The position numbers and the translations under genes were made by a program. From positions 631,627 to 695,626 of the forward strand of contig JAHRHZ010000150.1 of assembly GCA_024137785.1 (NCBI GenBank): a stretch of 64,000 nt of DNA, written 5' to 3'. Shown here one piece after another: positions 62,330-64,000 of this stretch. The notes under the pieces were generated by a model. That model saw only the letters and a program-made list of their open reading frames with translations, did no database searches and had not been told where the DNA came from. Each line of letters starts with the position of its first letter. Position 1 is the stretch's first letter. Source of the DNA: Ginglymostoma cirratum (Eukaryota).

Positions 62330-64000
62330 TAGATAGATCGACACAAGGAGAGGCCACTTTGGATTTGGTGCTTGGCAATGAACCATACCAAGGGTTAGAC
62401 CTGTTGGTAGGAGAGCATTTTGGTGGTAGTGATCTTAACTCTGTTACTTTTACAATAGTCATGGAAAAGGATAAGTGCATACAGCATTGTAAGGTTTATA
62501 ATTGGGGGAAGGTTAATTATAATTCTGCTAGGCAAGAACTGGGTAACATAAAATGGGAACAGATGCTGTCAGGGAAGAGCACTATAGAAATGTGGAGATT
62601 GTTTAAAGAATGCATACTGCACGCACTCAAAATGTTTGTCCCTAGCAGGCAGAGAAGATGCTGTCGAGTGATGGAACCTTTGTTCTCAAGAGAGGTCGAA
62701 CGACTGTTTAAGAGGAAGAAGGATGCTTATATAAGGTTAAGGAAACAATGATCGGAAAAGGTTCTAGCTGGATACAAGTTAGCCAGGAAGGAGCTGAAGA
62801 AAGGGCTTAGGAGAGCTATAAGGGGGCATGAGAAAACCCTGGCAGATAGGATCAAGGAAAACTCCAAAGCTCTTTACTCGTAAGTGAGGAATAAGAGAAT
62901 GACCAGAGAAAGGGTAGGCCTGATCAAGGATTGTAAAGGGAATTTGGGCACGGAGCCTAAAGAGATAGGAGTGGTCCTTAATGAATACTTTTCTTCGGTA
63001 TTCACGACTGGGAGGGACCAATTGTAGGGGAGGACATCGTGATACAGGCTGGTAGGCTAGAGGAGGTGGATGCTAGCAAGGAAGATGTACTAGGAAGTTT
63101 GAGGAACTTGAAGATAGATAAGTCCACCAGGCCTTATGGGATTTATCCAAGGATTCTATGGGAAGTGAGGGAAGAGATCGCAGAGCCTTTGGCAATGATC
63201 TTTTCATCCCCAAAGCCCATGGGTATAGTGCCAGAAGACAGGAGAGAGGCAAACATCATTCCCTTGTTCAAAAAAGGGAATAAGGAAAACCCTGGAAATT
63301 ACAGGCCAGTTAGTCTTAGTTCAGTGGTGGGCAAATTATTGAAAAGGGCTCTGAGAGATAGGATTTATGATCACTTGGATAGGCACAGTTTGATTCGTGA
63401 TAGTCAGCATGGATTTGTGAGGGGTAGATCATGCCTCACAAACCTTATTGAATTCTTTGAAGATGTGACCAAACACGTGGATGAAGGTAGAGCAGTGGAT
63501 GTGGTATACATGGATCTAAGTAAGGCGTTTGATAAGGTTCCCCATGGTAGGCTCATGCAGAAAGTAAGGAGGCATGGGATAGGGGGAAATGTGGCAGATT
63601 GGATTCAGAATTGGCTGACCCTTAGAAGACAAAGGGTGGCAGTGGACAGAAAACATTCAACATCGTGCTCAGTTATGAGTGGTGTACGACAAGGATCTGT
63701 TCTGGGTTCTCTTCTATTTGTAATTTTTGTAAATGTTTTGGATGTAGGAGTGGAAGGGTGGATTAGTCAGATCGCGGATGATACGAAGGTGGTTCAAGTT
63801 GTGGATAGTGCAGAGGGCTGCTCTCGGTTACAAAGGGACATTGATAGGATGCAGAGCTGGGCTGAGAAGTGGCAGATGGTGTTTAACCCTGAAAAGTGTG
63901 AGGTGGTTCATTTTGGAAGGACAAATTGAAAGCAGAATACAGGGTTAACGGAAAGATTCTTGGCAGTGTGGAGGAGCAGAGGGATCTCAGGGCTGATGTC
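62330..64000 (+). mobile_element. Relatively young 5'-truncated CR1 LINE ORF2, continues beyond the window
   Basis: DLVLGNEP..EHFGGSD; 296-aa open RT stretch 63039-63929 (PGNYRPVSL, QHGFVRGRSCLTNL, DLSKAFDKVPH, IADDTK). Confidence 0.95.

Overview
Eukaryotic, repeat-dense genomic DNA, almost certainly from a cartilaginous fish (HE1-type V-SINEs, Deu-domain SINEs, very abundant CR1 LINEs and Penelope-like elements; species not determinable). Two host-gene systems face away from each other. (1) Minus strand: an intact two-exon GPR139/GPR142-like orphan GPCR (exon 1 30092-30026, exon 2 27353-26443, 325 aa). A decayed, CpG-enriched paralog lies beside it (exon 2 ~4202-3360; probable exon 1 20356-20290 with ATG->ACG). 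(2) Plus strand from ~47.5 kb: a tandem array of duplicated T-cell-receptor-beta-like V cassettes. One is apparently functional (leader 58424-58472, V exon 58983-59276, canonical 23-RSS CACAGCG-23-ACAAAAACC). Three V pseudogenes and one orphan promoter/leader stub are each inactivated by a different lesion. No D, J or C segments were seen. Scattered throughout are two families of Penelope-derived mini-elements carrying minimal hammerhead-ribozyme cores (CUGANGA...GAAA-CG-UH), several with clean 11-15 bp target-site duplications and fold-back structure. The rest is CR1, Rex1/Babar and Tx1-like LINE fragments, SINEs, micro/minisatellites and local segmental duplications. Repeat boundaries were read by eye and are approximate.
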